Assembly: GCA_023382975.1 (NCBI GenBank)
Contig: JAHDXO010000005.1
Span: forward strand, 44,876 to 108,875
Direction of reading: 5' to 3'
DNA from: Pirellulaceae bacterium
Lineage (GTDB): Bacteria > Planctomycetota > Planctomycetia > Pirellulales > Pirellulaceae
Length of the DNA: 64,000 nucleotides
Shown: one piece after another, positions 28,773 through 38,868 of the stretch
How positions within the stretch are numbered: the first letter of the stretch is position 1
How the letters are laid out: the number at the start of each line of letters is the position of its first letter
Notes under the pieces: model-generated
What the model saw: only the letters and a program-made list of their open reading frames with translations
Told to the model about the DNA's origin: nothing
Databases searched by the model: none
Made by a program: the position numbers and the translations under genes

Positions 28773-30197
28773 TCATCCTTGCGGTTCGGTCATGCTCATG
28801 GGATCCAACGCCTCGGTCAATGTCGCTTCCGGCAGGATGCCTTGCTCGCGACACAGCTCGCGGATCGTTCTGCCGGTCGCAAAAGCTTCCTTGGCCAGAC
28901 GAGCCGCTTTTTCGTAGCCGATCAGCGGATTCAGACTGGTGACCATCGACAGGCTCTTTTCCACCGACGCTTCGCAGCCCTCGACGTTGGCTTCCAGTCC
29001 CTCCGCGCAGAAATCGATGAAGGCCCGGCACACGGCGGCCATCAGCCGGACGCTCTCCAGCGTCGCGTGCCCCATGATCGGCATCATGATGTTCAACTGG
29101 AACTGCCCGCCCGCGGCTCCGCTGAGCGTCACGGTCTGGTCGTTGCCCATCACGCGAGCAGCCACCTGCATCATGCTCTCGCACATCACTGGATTCACCT
29201 TGCCCGGCATGATCGAGCTGCCCGGTTGGCGGCTGGGCAGGATGACTTCGAAGAATCCGCACCGCGGGCCGGATCCCAGCCAGCGGATGTTGTTCGACAC
29301 GTTGAACAGCGTGTTGGCGATGGTTCGCAAATGGCCGTGGCAGGACACCAGCCCATCGCGTTGCGCATTGGCTTCGAAGTGGTTGACGGCTTCGAGGAAA
29401 GCCAGTCCGGTTTCTTCGGCGAGCACGGCCGACACTCGTTTGCCGAATTCGGGATGCGTATTGATGCCGGAGCCGACCGCGGTGCCTCCGACGGGCAGTT
29501 CCAGAACCGCCTCGATCGCTGCTTGGGCCCGAGTGATCGACAGTTCGAGTTGCCGGGCCAATCCGCCGATCTCTTGTCCCAATCGCAGCGGAGTGGCGTC
29601 CATCAGGTGCGTGCGGCCGATCTTAATCACACGGTCCCACTCTTTGGCCTTCTGTGCCAATACCGCGGCGAACCGCTGCAAGGCCGGAATCAAATCGTTC
29701 TTGATCTCCACCGCCGCCGCGACATGGATGGACGTCGGAAAGGTGTCATTGGTGCTTTGGCCCATGTTCACGTGGTCGTTGGGATGGATCGGCTTGTCCG
29801 CGGCAAACCGGTCCCCGCCCAGCAGCTCGATCGCCCGGTTGGCGATCACTTCGTTCATATTCATGTTGCTGGACGTCCCCGAGCCGGTTTGGAAGACATC
29901 GACCGGAAACTGGCCGTCGTGTTTCCCTTCGGCTACTTCGCGGCAAGCCTGCAACATGGCCTCCACCTGCTGGTCGTTCAGCGGGTTCTTGCCGCTACCC
30001 GTCAGCTTGCCCAGATCGCGGTTCGCCACGCCGCAGGCGTACTTGACCAAGCCCATGGCGTGGATCAGCGAGGCCGGCAGATTCCACCCGGAAACGGGGA
30101 AATTTTCGACCGCGCGCTGAGTCTGAGCGCCGTAGTAAGCGTGGGCTGGAACCTGGACTTCGCCCATCGAATCCCGCTCGGTGCGGAAATCACTCAT
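28773..30197 (-). CDS. Class II fumarate hydratase / aspartate ammonia-lyase family lyase. Its subfamily is ambiguous from sequence alone.
   Basis: The family signature GSSIMPGKVNPVMCE is present. The N-terminus (AHAYYGAQTQRAVENFPVSG) is aspartase-like, while FQTGSGTSSNMNMNEV and PGKVNP are FumC-like. Confidence 0.85.
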   Translation of the reverse strand: MSDFRTERDSMGEVQVPAHAYYGAQTQRAVENFPVSGWNLPASLIHAMGLVKYACGVANRDLGKLTGSGKNPLNDQQVEAMLQACREVAEGKHDGQFPVDVFQTGSGTSSNMNMNEVIANRAIELLGGDRFAADKPIHPNDHVNMGQSTNDTFPTSIHVAAAVEIKNDLIPALQRFAAVLAQKAKEWDRVIKIGRTHLMDATPLRLGQEIGGLARQLELSITRAQAAIEAVLELPVGGTAVGSGINTHPEFGKRVSAVLAEETGLAFLEAVNHFEANAQRDGLVSCHGHLRTIANTLFNVSNNIRWLGSGPRCGFFEVILPSRQPGSSIMPGKVNPVMCESMMQVAARVMGNDQTVTLSGAAGGQFQLNIMMPIMGHATLESVRLMAAVCRAFIDFCAEGLEANVEGCEASVEKSLSMVTSLNPLIGYEKAARLAKEAFATGRTIRELCREQGILPEATLTEALDPMSMTEPQG

Positions 30198-30351
30198 TTC
30201 GAAACCTCGTCATGCGTCAATGTAGGGTAGTCGCTCGTAGCCGAGCCGCTGGCTGTGATCGTTGCATGATATCTTGTACGACCGTACCAGCCAATACGTT
30301 CCGTCGTGGTACATGGCCTGGGCGGGCACCTTCGTGTATGTTGACCGCATC

Positions 30352-31374
30352 ATGAATGACGCACACAACCCTTTCGACGAATCCCGCCGATCGGAGCATG
30401 GCAACCCAGATGTCGTGATCTTGTTGGACGAACAGTCGGTCCACGGAATCGGGGCTCGGTCGCAACCCGAGCCGCCGTCCTGCCATCGCCGCCCGCGGCG
30501 AAAGCGGTTGCCCGCCATCCTGTTCGCGATCACTTGCTTCTCGACTTTTTTCGCGGGGGCGACTGGCTGGCTGCCGGCGGCTTACCTTATTTCCCTGGAC
30601 GGGGACGGGATGCGGCAAGCGATCGTCCGGAACTGGAGGGAAGGTCTGATCTACATGGGCTGCGTGCTAGCAATCCTGCTGACGCACGAAATGGGCCATT
30701 TCGTGGCGACGTTGCGTCACCGCGTTCCTGCCAGTCTGCCGTTCTTCTTGCCGCTTCCTATTTCGTTCATCGGGACGATGGGGGCCGTGATCGCGATGGA
30801 CGGGACCAAGGCCAACCGGAGAGAGACGTTTGATATCGGGCTGGCCGGTCCCTTGGCGGGTCTGGCGGTGATCGTACCGATCATGTGGATCGGAATTCGG
30901 CAGATCGATTGGACCGCGCCCCAGCACGGCCCATTCTTGATCGACATGCCACTGGCCGTTCGCTGGTTCCTGGAGCAGACACGCCCGGCTGGCTATCAGC
31001 CCGGGTCCGACATCTGGTACAGCCAGTTGAATCCGTACTTCATGGCCGGCTGGGTCGGGTTGCTGGTTACCGGCTTGAACATGCTGCCGGTCAGCCAGTT
31101 GGACGGCGGGCACGTGATCTTCACGCTGTTCGGCAAGCAGTCGCGCTGGATCGCCCGCGGATTCATGGCCGTTGCGCTGGCGTACATTCTGTACTCGCAG
31201 GCCGGCATGTGGACGCTGATGGTGCTGCTGGTGCTGCTGGTCGGGATCGACCATCCGCCGACTCGCGACGACACCGTTCGCCTGGGCTGGTTCCGCACGA
31301 CGATCGGTCTGGCCTCGCTGCTGATCCCGGTCCTGTGCTTCCCCGTGCAAGGCATTACGTTCATTGTTCCATGA
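30352..31374 (+). CDS. Site-2 protease family (M50) membrane metalloprotease.
   Basis: HEMGHFV (HExxH) lies in a transmembrane segment and LDGGH lies downstream, with multiple transmembrane helices. An ATG is confirmed at 30352. The ORF track starts at 30262. Confidence 0.75.
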   Translation: MNDAHNPFDESRRSEHGNPDVVILLDEQSVHGIGARSQPEPPSCHRRPRRKRLPAILFAITCFSTFFAGATGWLPAAYLISLDGDGMRQAIVRNWREGLIYMGCVLAILLTHEMGHFVATLRHRVPASLPFFLPLPISFIGTMGAVIAMDGTKANRRETFDIGLAGPLAGLAVIVPIMWIGIRQIDWTAPQHGPFLIDMPLAVRWFLEQTRPAGYQPGSDIWYSQLNPYFMAGWVGLLVTGLNMLPVSQLDGGHVIFTLFGKQSRWIARGFMAVALAYILYSQAGMWTLMVLLVLLVGIDHPPTRDDTVRLGWFRTTIGLASLLIPVLCFPVQGITFIVP

Positions 31375-31399
31375 AATGAGACGAGATCAGGCGACACCT

Positions 31400-32347
31400 T
31401 TATTCGGCGGGCAGCAGTTTCCGGACGAATTCGACACGCGGCGAGCCCGGCCCCTTGCCTCGCAGGAATTCGGGCACAAAGCGTTGGGCTCCACGTTCTT
31501 CGGGAACAGTGATGTTCTCGCCCTTCTGCAGGATTAGGCGATTGTCCGACAGTCCGCCGAAATCTCGCGGCCCGGCCACCTGGCACGGATACCAGCGACC
31601 GACTCCCTGATCGTCCATCAGAAAGAACTCGGCGTATACGTGATCCGGAACCCAGACGGTGCGGGCTGGAACCTTGTGAGCGCGGCAGAGCGCGATGAAC
31701 AGCGAAGTCACGTCGTGTTTGTTGCCGAAACCGTCGCGCAGCGTCGCCGCGGCGCCTTTTTCCTTGCCCTCGCGATAGGCGATTTTGTTCCGGACCTCGT
31801 CGTAGATCGCTTCGATCTCTTCCCAGGCGCATGTCTTGCCTTGGACGATCTCGTTCGCCCTGCGCCGGATGCCTGCATCGCGGACTTCGATCTGCGGGCT
31901 GTCGCCCAGATAGCCCCGTACTTCCCGCGGGGCGTTGCGCGGGATGACCAACTGCTGCGGGGCTTCGGGTGGCAATACCGAATGTTTGGTGATCTCAAGC
32001 GTCACCAGCGCCTGGGCCGACTCGCCCGCTGGCAACCGCGGAATGCGGAACAGCATTTGACGGATTCCGTCCAGGTTGCGGTACGTGGTGGCGCTGACCA
32101 ACGGCGAGACGTCTTCGGCGACGACTCGCACCGACTGTTCGGGCCAGTCCGTGGGGACCGGCAGCGTGCCGAACAAATCGGACGAAGGACCTCCGGTGGC
32201 GTGGATGACGACTCCGACCTGCCAGCGTTGCGTCAACGGCTTGTCCAACGCTGCGCCCGCCGGTTGACGGGGAATGTCGAACTGGCCTCTGGCGGCGCCG
32301 GCCAACAGAAGCAAGCCGGCGAATGAGGCGATGGCGGAACGTCTCAT
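31400..32347 (-). CDS. Secreted transglutaminase-like (Cys-His-Asp) superfamily protein.
   Basis: Signal peptide MRRSAIASFAGLLLLAGAARG. Catalytic-core-like region TSLFIALCRAHKVPARTVWVPDHVYAEF. A GAGGAG RBS lies before the ATG at 32347, with 'cat' confirmed. Confidence 0.65.
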   Translation of the reverse strand: MRRSAIASFAGLLLLAGAARGQFDIPRQPAGAALDKPLTQRWQVGVVIHATGGPSSDLFGTLPVPTDWPEQSVRVVAEDVSPLVSATTYRNLDGIRQMLFRIPRLPAGESAQALVTLEITKHSVLPPEAPQQLVIPRNAPREVRGYLGDSPQIEVRDAGIRRRANEIVQGKTCAWEEIEAIYDEVRNKIAYREGKEKGAAATLRDGFGNKHDVTSLFIALCRAHKVPARTVWVPDHVYAEFFLMDDQGVGRWYPCQVAGPRDFGGLSDNRLILQKGENITVPEERGAQRFVPEFLRGKGPGSPRVEFVRKLLPAE

Positions 32348-32394
32348 TTCACGTCTCCTCGGTCGGGTACTCAGTTTCTCACGCTTGACGGTTT

Positions 32395-32613
32395 TCAAGT
32401 GCTGGCCGGTCCGGGCAGCGTTTCGACTTGAGGCGCACTGCTCCAGCTTCCGCCCATCACGGCTCCGCCGGGGCACGATGCGCAGGGATCGCACTCCTCG
32501 ATCACCTCGTACCCACAGTCGTTGTTGCAGAACATGCTGGGCCAACCTCGGTTGCAGCCCGTCATCGCAACGGCGACCAAACCCAGCGTCATGATCAAGA
32601 ATGCTCGTTTCAT
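32395..32613 (-). CDS. Small Cys-rich lipoprotein, 72 aa.
   Basis: The sequence MKRAFLIMTLGLVAVAMTGC contains a lipobox (LVAVAMTG|C). A GAGAGGA RBS lies 5 nt upstream of the ATG ('cat' confirmed at 32611-32613). The mature peptide has 8 Cys: CNRGWPSMFCNNDCGYEVIEECDPCASCPGG. Confidence 0.6.
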   Translation of the reverse strand: MKRAFLIMTLGLVAVAMTGCNRGWPSMFCNNDCGYEVIEECDPCASCPGGAVMGGSWSSAPQVETLPGPAST

Positions 32614-32830
32614 CTTCGTCCTCTCTACTCTCGTGGTGTTTTTCGATGTGTCCCGGCCTCGTCTTGGCCAGACAACTCTAGGTTGCGCTCTTGGATGTGC
32701 AAATCGGAGCGTTGCGAAATTTCTTCCTGACGTGTTTTTTTGGCAACATGCACGCGAGCAAGGGCTAGAATTGCATGAGCCGACGAAGCGTTCTTGCCCC
32801 GTTGACCAGCCTCCGTTTTGAATTTGCACC

Positions 32831-33817
32831 ATGATACGACTGTCCAAGCATCTGTTCTTCCTGCTCCTGATCCTGTCGGTGACATTCGTCCGGATTGGGA
32901 GGGCGGATTCGTCGGCCGAACTGTCGTCTTGGCCAGACTCGGCTTGCGCCACGGGACTGCGACCGCAGGATTCTCTCTGGCTGATCGGAACGCGGCATCT
33001 TGGGTGTCCCGATCCGGATCTTCCGCCCAGCGAGTCGTTTCAATACCTGCGTTACGAAGGTCAGAATTGGCAGGAAAGCCATTTTCCCGATTTTCAGAAC
33101 GATCATCGCGACATGACCGTGTTCTACATCCACGGCAATCGAGTCGACAGCGGCCAGGCGTTTTCGCGCGGTCGCGAAGCCTACGAGGCGTTGGTGCAAC
33201 CAGCCCATCAGCCGACGGCGGTGCGGTTCGTCGTCTGGTCCTGGCCCAGCACGCAGATCCACGGACCGAAGCGAGACGTGCTGACCAAGGCGGCGCGGAC
33301 CAACGTCGAGTCCTATTATCTGGCGTCGTTGCTGGCGCAATTCCCGCCGGAGACCGAGGTCGGGCTGTTCGGTTTCAGTTTCGGCGCCCGGATCATCTCG
33401 GGTTCGCTCCATCTGCTGAGCGGCAGCGATCTGTGCGGATACCGGCTGGCAAACGGGGATCCGTTGCCGGTCCTACACCCGCGCGCCGTATTGACGGCGG
33501 CGGCCATGGACCGCACTTGGTGGCTGCCCGGCGGGTTCCACAGCCAATGCCCCGCGGTAGCCGATTCGCTGCTGGTCCAATTCAATCCGAACGATCCGGT
33601 CTTGAAACTGTATCCCCGGATCGACCGTCACAGCCGTCCACAGGCTCTGGGCTACACGGGGTTTCCCTGGGCGGGAACCCTGGATGCCGGCACGCTGCAA
33701 CAGCAGAATGCGGGCTGTCGGCTTGGCAAGACGCACGATGTGTCGAAATACTTCGATGCGCCGGAGATCATCGGCCGAGCCCGGCAAGTGCTGCTGGATC
33801 CGCCGCTACTGCCATGA
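32831..33817 (+). CDS. Secreted alpha/beta-hydrolase-fold protein (putative esterase/lipase) of unknown specificity.
   Basis: It has a signal peptide and a GxSxG nucleophile elbow (GLFGFSFGARI). Confidence 0.5.
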   Translation: MIRLSKHLFFLLLILSVTFVRIGRADSSAELSSWPDSACATGLRPQDSLWLIGTRHLGCPDPDLPPSESFQYLRYEGQNWQESHFPDFQNDHRDMTVFYIHGNRVDSGQAFSRGREAYEALVQPAHQPTAVRFVVWSWPSTQIHGPKRDVLTKAARTNVESYYLASLLAQFPPETEVGLFGFSFGARIISGSLHLLSGSDLCGYRLANGDPLPVLHPRAVLTAAAMDRTWWLPGGFHSQCPAVADSLLVQFNPNDPVLKLYPRIDRHSRPQALGYTGFPWAGTLDAGTLQQQNAGCRLGKTHDVSKYFDAPEIIGRARQVLLDPPLLP

Positions 33818-33947
33818 AGGCGCCCGCCGAAGTCTCGGGAATTCGGATCCGGCATTCCCGTGCGGTGATATTTTTTGGCGGTACGTGGTCAACGGCCAGG
33901 AAATTCTGTATCATCCCGACTGCCGATTACCCACCGAGGAGTAGCCC

Positions 33948-34544
33948 ATGAAGCGTTCACTTGGCGCCAAAACGTTGATCTACCCGACGCCCGTCTGGAT
34001 CGTCGGCACGTATGACAGACAGGAAAAGCCGAACGGAATGACCGCGTCCTGGGGCGGAATCTGCTGCTCCGATCCTCCCTGTGTCGCCGTTTCGCTTCGC
34101 AAATCGACGCACAGCTTCGCCAACTTGCTAGACCGCCAAGCGTTCACAATCAACGTACCGTCGCAGAAACACGTCAAGGTGGCCGACTATTTCGGGCTGG
34201 TCAGCGGTCACGACACGGACAAGTTCGCGGCGACCGGACTGACGCCCGTCCGCAGCCAAGTGGTCGACGCCCCGTATGTCCAAGAGTTCCCGCTGGTGCT
34301 GGAATGCCGACTGGTGCATGTCTTCGAATTGGGGCTGCACACACAGTTCGTGGGCGAAGTGTTGGATGTCAAGGCCGAGGAAGGCGTGCTGGACGGCAAA
34401 GGCATGCCCGACATGTTGAAAGTCCAGCCGATGATTTTCTCGCCTGGCAACCAAGTGTATTACGGAGTTGGATCGACGCTGGGGCAAGGCTTTTCGATCG
34501 GTAAGGAAATCGCAGGAGACCAGTCCAAGATCGAGTCGATCTGA
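33948..34544 (+). CDS. Flavin reductase-like (FMN-binding split-barrel) domain protein.
   Basis: It matches the family hallmarks (KTLIYPTPVWIVGTYDRQEKPNGMTASW...FTINVP). Confidence 0.7.
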   Translation: MKRSLGAKTLIYPTPVWIVGTYDRQEKPNGMTASWGGICCSDPPCVAVSLRKSTHSFANLLDRQAFTINVPSQKHVKVADYFGLVSGHDTDKFAATGLTPVRSQVVDAPYVQEFPLVLECRLVHVFELGLHTQFVGEVLDVKAEEGVLDGKGMPDMLKVQPMIFSPGNQVYYGVGSTLGQGFSIGKEIAGDQSKIESI

Positions 34545-34571
34545 CGGGTCCCGCTGCCGGGAGATTCGGCG

Positions 34572-35078
34572 ATGGCTCGGACAACACTTCCGACCTACGG
34601 AATGGACAATTCGGCCACTGGATGCTGTCCGCGTTTCGAACCGGACGACTGGGACGGGCAGGAGTTCGAGTTTTGCGAGTGGCCGTTCGTGCGGGCGACC
34701 ACCGTGAACTTTCTGCACATCCCTTTGAACATGGGATCGATGATCAAGCGGACTTGGGCCAAGATCGAACAGGCCGGGGCGGTGCCCAAGGAAGCTTTCT
34801 TGATGCTGTCAACCGATCCCTCGCCCTGGCGCGGCGAACACTATTTCCTGGTCACCCGCGAGGTTCCCGGCGCGCCGATGGTGCGGCTGTCGGGCTTGCA
34901 TCTGAGCAAGGTCTTCGAGGGGCCGTACCACGACGCCGGCAAATGGGCGCGGGACATGGAACGCTGCGTCCAGTCGCAGGGAAGAACGTTGAAGACACTG
35001 TACTTCTTTTACACGACCTGTCCCAAGTGCGCAAAGATCTACGGGAAGAACTATGTCGTGGCTTTTGCCGCCGTCTAG
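34572..35078 (+). CDS. Hypothetical protein with a 4-Cys putative metal site.
   Basis: 168-aa ORF that fills the gap between flanking genes. It has an N-terminal GCCPRFEP and a C-terminal TCPKCAK. I do not recognise the family. Confidence 0.45.
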   Translation: MARTTLPTYGMDNSATGCCPRFEPDDWDGQEFEFCEWPFVRATTVNFLHIPLNMGSMIKRTWAKIEQAGAVPKEAFLMLSTDPSPWRGEHYFLVTREVPGAPMVRLSGLHLSKVFEGPYHDAGKWARDMERCVQSQGRTLKTLYFFYTTCPKCAKIYGKNYVVAFAAV

Positions 35079-35126
35079 TCGCTGAACGACGGAAGACTGG
35101 CAGTACTGGCACTCGAACCGCTTGAC

Positions 35127-35936
35127 TTGGTCACGATGGACGCCACAGGCCCAATTTTGGAACTCGGCTGCGACCAGGTCGATCTGTGGTACGTGCTCAC
35201 GGAACCGGTCGTTGCGTTGGAGTTGGAATCGGAGTATCGCGCCCTGCTGCCGGCGAACGAGTTGGCCGCGTGCGACCGGTTCGTGTTTCCCGAAGGTCGC
35301 CGCGAATGCCTGATCACTCGCATGCTGATCCGGTCCGTGCTCTCCTCGTACACCGGCGACGATCTGTCGGTTTGGAAGTTCTCGGCCAACCGCTACGGCA
35401 AGCCGTCCATCGCCCATCCGGCGGATTGCCCGTTGCGGTTCAACCTGTCCCACACGACGGGGCTGGTGGTCTGTGCCGTCAGCCCCGGGGCCGATGTCGG
35501 CGTCGATGCCGAAGACACTCGCCGCCGCATGGCCGACGAATCCATCGCCCAACACTATTTCGCGCCGGAGGAAGTCGCCTTGCTGGAAGCCGCGCCGCCG
35601 GACGACCGGCCGTTGCGGTTCCTGCAATTCTGGACGTTGAAGGAAGCGTTCCTGAAAGCGCACGGATCGGGGTTGTCGATCCCGCTGAAAGACTTCTCCT
35701 TCGAGCTGCCGCCCGGGCGATCGCCGAAAATTTACTTCCACAATCCGGGCCTGGGCGACGCGGACCGGTGGCAGTTCCTGGAGCGGCGCCTGGGCGACCG
35801 GTTTCAACTCGCCTTAGCGATACAACGACCAATTGCCCAGGCGACAAAGCTCCGCATGATTGAGACGATCCCACAACACAGCACCGTGGTTCACGAGACG
35901 ACGGCAGTTGTCTCAGCGAGCGGTAGCCAACCGTGA
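35127..35936 (+). CDS. Sfp-type 4'-phosphopantetheinyl transferase.
   Basis: PPTase motifs are present: FNLSHT, GVDAE, and WTLKEAFLKAHG. Confidence 0.8.
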   Translation: MVTMDATGPILELGCDQVDLWYVLTEPVVALELESEYRALLPANELAACDRFVFPEGRRECLITRMLIRSVLSSYTGDDLSVWKFSANRYGKPSIAHPADCPLRFNLSHTTGLVVCAVSPGADVGVDAEDTRRRMADESIAQHYFAPEEVALLEAAPPDDRPLRFLQFWTLKEAFLKAHGSGLSIPLKDFSFELPPGRSPKIYFHNPGLGDADRWQFLERRLGDRFQLALAIQRPIAQATKLRMIETIPQHSTVVHETTAVVSASGSQP

Positions 35937-36215
35937 GCCGATTACCGACGGCGCGGAGTCGGCGGGGAGGGCCTTTGGATCGCCAGCCGCGGAGCATTCG
36001 GCAAGGAGTGCCGCCCGAGGCCGAACGCGGATGATCCGCCGCTTCGAAAATCGGGAACTCCCTGTCGACGACCATCACGCATGTTGGCACAATGGCGTCG
36101 TTCTGTTTCGTGCAAGAAGCCAGGATCGCCGCGAGGAGCGGGCAGGTTGGACGTGTCCGCCCGTCATGGGCCAAGCGACGGACTGGATCGTCCCTCCCAA
36201 CCAACGAGGCCTGAA

Positions 36216-37520
36216 ATGAACCATCCGCAGCCCGTCGAGAAACGTGTCAGCATCTTGCGGTCGATCGGACCGGCTTTGATCACTGCCTGCGTCGTGTTTG
36301 GGCCGGGCAGCCTGATCATCAGCGCCAATGTGGGAGCCGAGTACGGCTACGCCTTGCTCTGGCTGCTCGTTCTGACCGGTCTGTTGATGGGCAGCTACAT
36401 GACGATGTCGGCCCGTGTCGGCGTGACGGCAGGCGCCACGCACTTTGACACGCTGCGCCAAGAGGCCGGAAAGCCGTTCGCCGCTTTGGCGGGGATCGTC
36501 CTGTGCCTGGTCTGCGCCGCCTTCCAGTTCTCGAACAACGTGGCGGTCGGACTGATCGCCGGCGCGTTCGCTCCGGAAGCTCACGTATTCACGGCACAGG
36601 TTGCGGCCATGGCCGTCCTGAACGGACTGCTGATCGTCTTTCTGTTCCGCGCGCAGCACGTGTACAAAGCGGTGGAGCGGATCATGAAGTTCATGGTGGG
36701 GGTGGTGCTGCTCTCGTTCCTGTTCAATCTGGTGCTGGCCCAACCCAATTTGCTGGCGGTGCTCAAGGGATTGGTGCCCAGCGTACCCGAAAAACTCTCG
36801 TTCGGCATCCCGCAGATCGTCAACGGGGCGATCGCGGACCCGTTGGTGCTGATCGCCTCGCTGGTCGGGACGACTTTCTCCGTCGCCGGGGCGTTTTTTC
36901 AAGGCAACCTGGTGCGCGAAAAGGGCTGGACGGTCGAGGACTACGACCGCGGCGTGGGAGACGCCATCGCGGGCGTCTGCGTGCTGACGCTGGTCAGCAT
37001 GATCATCATGATCACCGCAGGCACGGTCATCCTGGGCAAGCAGGCCAGCGACATCGCCACGCTGGCCTTCACCCTGCAACCGCTGTTGGGTCCGGTCGCT
37101 TTTTACGTGTTCTGCATCGGGCTGATCCCGATCGCCTTAAATCCGTTTCTGATCAACGCGATGATCGGCGGCACGGCCTTGGCCGACGGACTCGGATTTC
37201 CGGGCCGCTTCAGCGACTTCTGGCCGCGGATGTGTACGATCGGTGTACTGATCGTTGGATTCGCGGTGGCTACGTTCGGCCTGTGGTTCAAGATCCCCGC
37301 AGTCAACTTGATGATATTCGGCCAGGCGATGACGGTGATCGGCAATCCCTTGCTGGCTGCGACCATTCTGTGGCTGGCCAACCGCAAGAACATCATGGGC
37401 GAACGTCGCAACCGCATCGCCTCGAATGTCCTGGGCACGATCGGCTTGACCGTGGTCGTTTTGCTGACGCTCCGCATGCTGTGGTTCCTGTACCTCCGCA
37501 TCTCGCTGCTGGCCGGATAA
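36216..37520 (+). CDS. Nramp-family divalent metal (Mn2+/Fe2+) transporter.
   Basis: GPALITACVVFGPGSLIISANVGAEYGY is the Nramp motif region. About 11 transmembrane helices. An ATG is confirmed at 36216 with a GAGG RBS. The ORF track starts at 36081. Confidence 0.8.
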   Translation: MNHPQPVEKRVSILRSIGPALITACVVFGPGSLIISANVGAEYGYALLWLLVLTGLLMGSYMTMSARVGVTAGATHFDTLRQEAGKPFAALAGIVLCLVCAAFQFSNNVAVGLIAGAFAPEAHVFTAQVAAMAVLNGLLIVFLFRAQHVYKAVERIMKFMVGVVLLSFLFNLVLAQPNLLAVLKGLVPSVPEKLSFGIPQIVNGAIADPLVLIASLVGTTFSVAGAFFQGNLVREKGWTVEDYDRGVGDAIAGVCVLTLVSMIIMITAGTVILGKQASDIATLAFTLQPLLGPVAFYVFCIGLIPIALNPFLINAMIGGTALADGLGFPGRFSDFWPRMCTIGVLIVGFAVATFGLWFKIPAVNLMIFGQAMTVIGNPLLAATILWLANRKNIMGERRNRIASNVLGTIGLTVVVLLTLRMLWFLYLRISLLAG

Positions 37521-37658
37521 GCCCCGGACCGACTGGTCGTTGCGAGACCAATTGAAGCACAAGCACACAGCCGACCGGCAATTGCTCGGCGACGCCCCCG
37601 GCACGCCGGCCAAACGAATGGACGCCGCGGCCAAGACAGACGTTTCTCCGATCACCTT

Positions 37659-38453
37659 CTAACCGCCCAGGATCTGCCAGGCGAGTACGGCCAGACCGAC
37701 GGGAATGCACCACCACGCGAAGTGATGAAAACGGCCTAGTTCGAGCCAGCGGACCAGCCAGGCGAGTGAGGCCAGTCCGACGACGAACGACACGGCGCCT
37801 CCCGCCAACAGCCACAACAGTGGCGTGCTGCTGCCGGCCGGGGAACGCCACATCGACAGCAGTTCGTACGCGCCGCCGCCTGCGATAATCGGAATGGCCA
37901 GCAGAAAGGAAAACGTGGCCGCTTCCGTCGGTGCCAAGCCCAGACGCAGGCCCGTCGAGATGGTGGTGCCGCTCCTCGACAACCCCGGCAAAATCGCGAC
38001 CGCCTGGCCGACGCCGATCAGCAGGGCTTGGCCGATGCCCAGCGAGCGACAATCGCGACTGCCCGGATCTCGCCGCGATGCCCAGATCAACAACGCCCCG
38101 GTGACCAACAGCATGGCGCCTGCAACCAGCGGACTCTCCAAGACCTGCGGAGCGAATTTCTTGACTGTCAAACCCAACGCTGCGCCAGGAACCGTAGCGA
38201 TCAGCAACAATCCCAGCGTGCGACGATCCCTCGAAAGCAATCCGACGATGCGTCGCGAGTAGAAAACCAAAATCGAGAACAGCGTCCCGACATGCAACAC
38301 GATGTTCAACTCGGCGATGTCCAGGAATTCGGAGTCTCCGCCTGCGAGCAACGCCGCCCCGATCACGACATGACCGCTCGAACTGATGGGCAGGAACTCG
38401 CCAATGCCCTGGACGATTGCCAGCAGCAGGATGTGCCAGAATTCTAGATTCAC
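37659..38453 (-). CDS. uppP: Undecaprenyl-diphosphate phosphatase (BacA/UppP).
   Basis: LEFWHILLLAIVQGIGEFLPISSSGH is the canonical UppP N-terminus. The likely start is GTG at 38453 (VNLEFW), with 'cac' confirmed. The ORF track extends to 38678. Confidence 0.8.
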   Translation of the reverse strand: MNLEFWHILLLAIVQGIGEFLPISSSGHVVIGAALLAGGDSEFLDIAELNIVLHVGTLFSILVFYSRRIVGLLSRDRRTLGLLLIATVPGAALGLTVKKFAPQVLESPLVAGAMLLVTGALLIWASRRDPGSRDCRSLGIGQALLIGVGQAVAILPGLSRSGTTISTGLRLGLAPTEAATFSFLLAIPIIAGGGAYELLSMWRSPAGSSTPLLWLLAGGAVSFVVGLASLAWLVRWLELGRFHHFAWWCIPVGLAVLAWQILGG

Positions 38454-38868
38454 AGACGGACGATTCCTTGCCAACGGCGGAGAAAGAACGAAACGAACCA
38501 CGCAATTCGCCTCGAAGCCAAACGGCCACCAGGGTAGCGGACGGACAGTGACAGCGGAAGAAGGGCGATTGATCGGCTGGCTCGCCTTTGACCGTGGACA
38601 TGGCTTCGTCGCCAGTATCGCGAGAAGTGCGACGTCCGGGCTCCCAACTCGTAACTTCTGACTCCGGACTCCTGACATTCATCTTCGACGCCCCCTTTGA
38701 AGGCATGGCGTTCTTGCCCTAAGATAAACGCTCGCTTGCCGGGCACCGCGACAATCCTCGGAAGCCGCCGGGCGATTTCCGGGGACGATCCTGCCAAGGA
38801 TGCCTTTTTCACTCGATAATCACCACGGGCCAAGCCGAAACAAGATAGTTAACTTGAGGGAGGAATGA

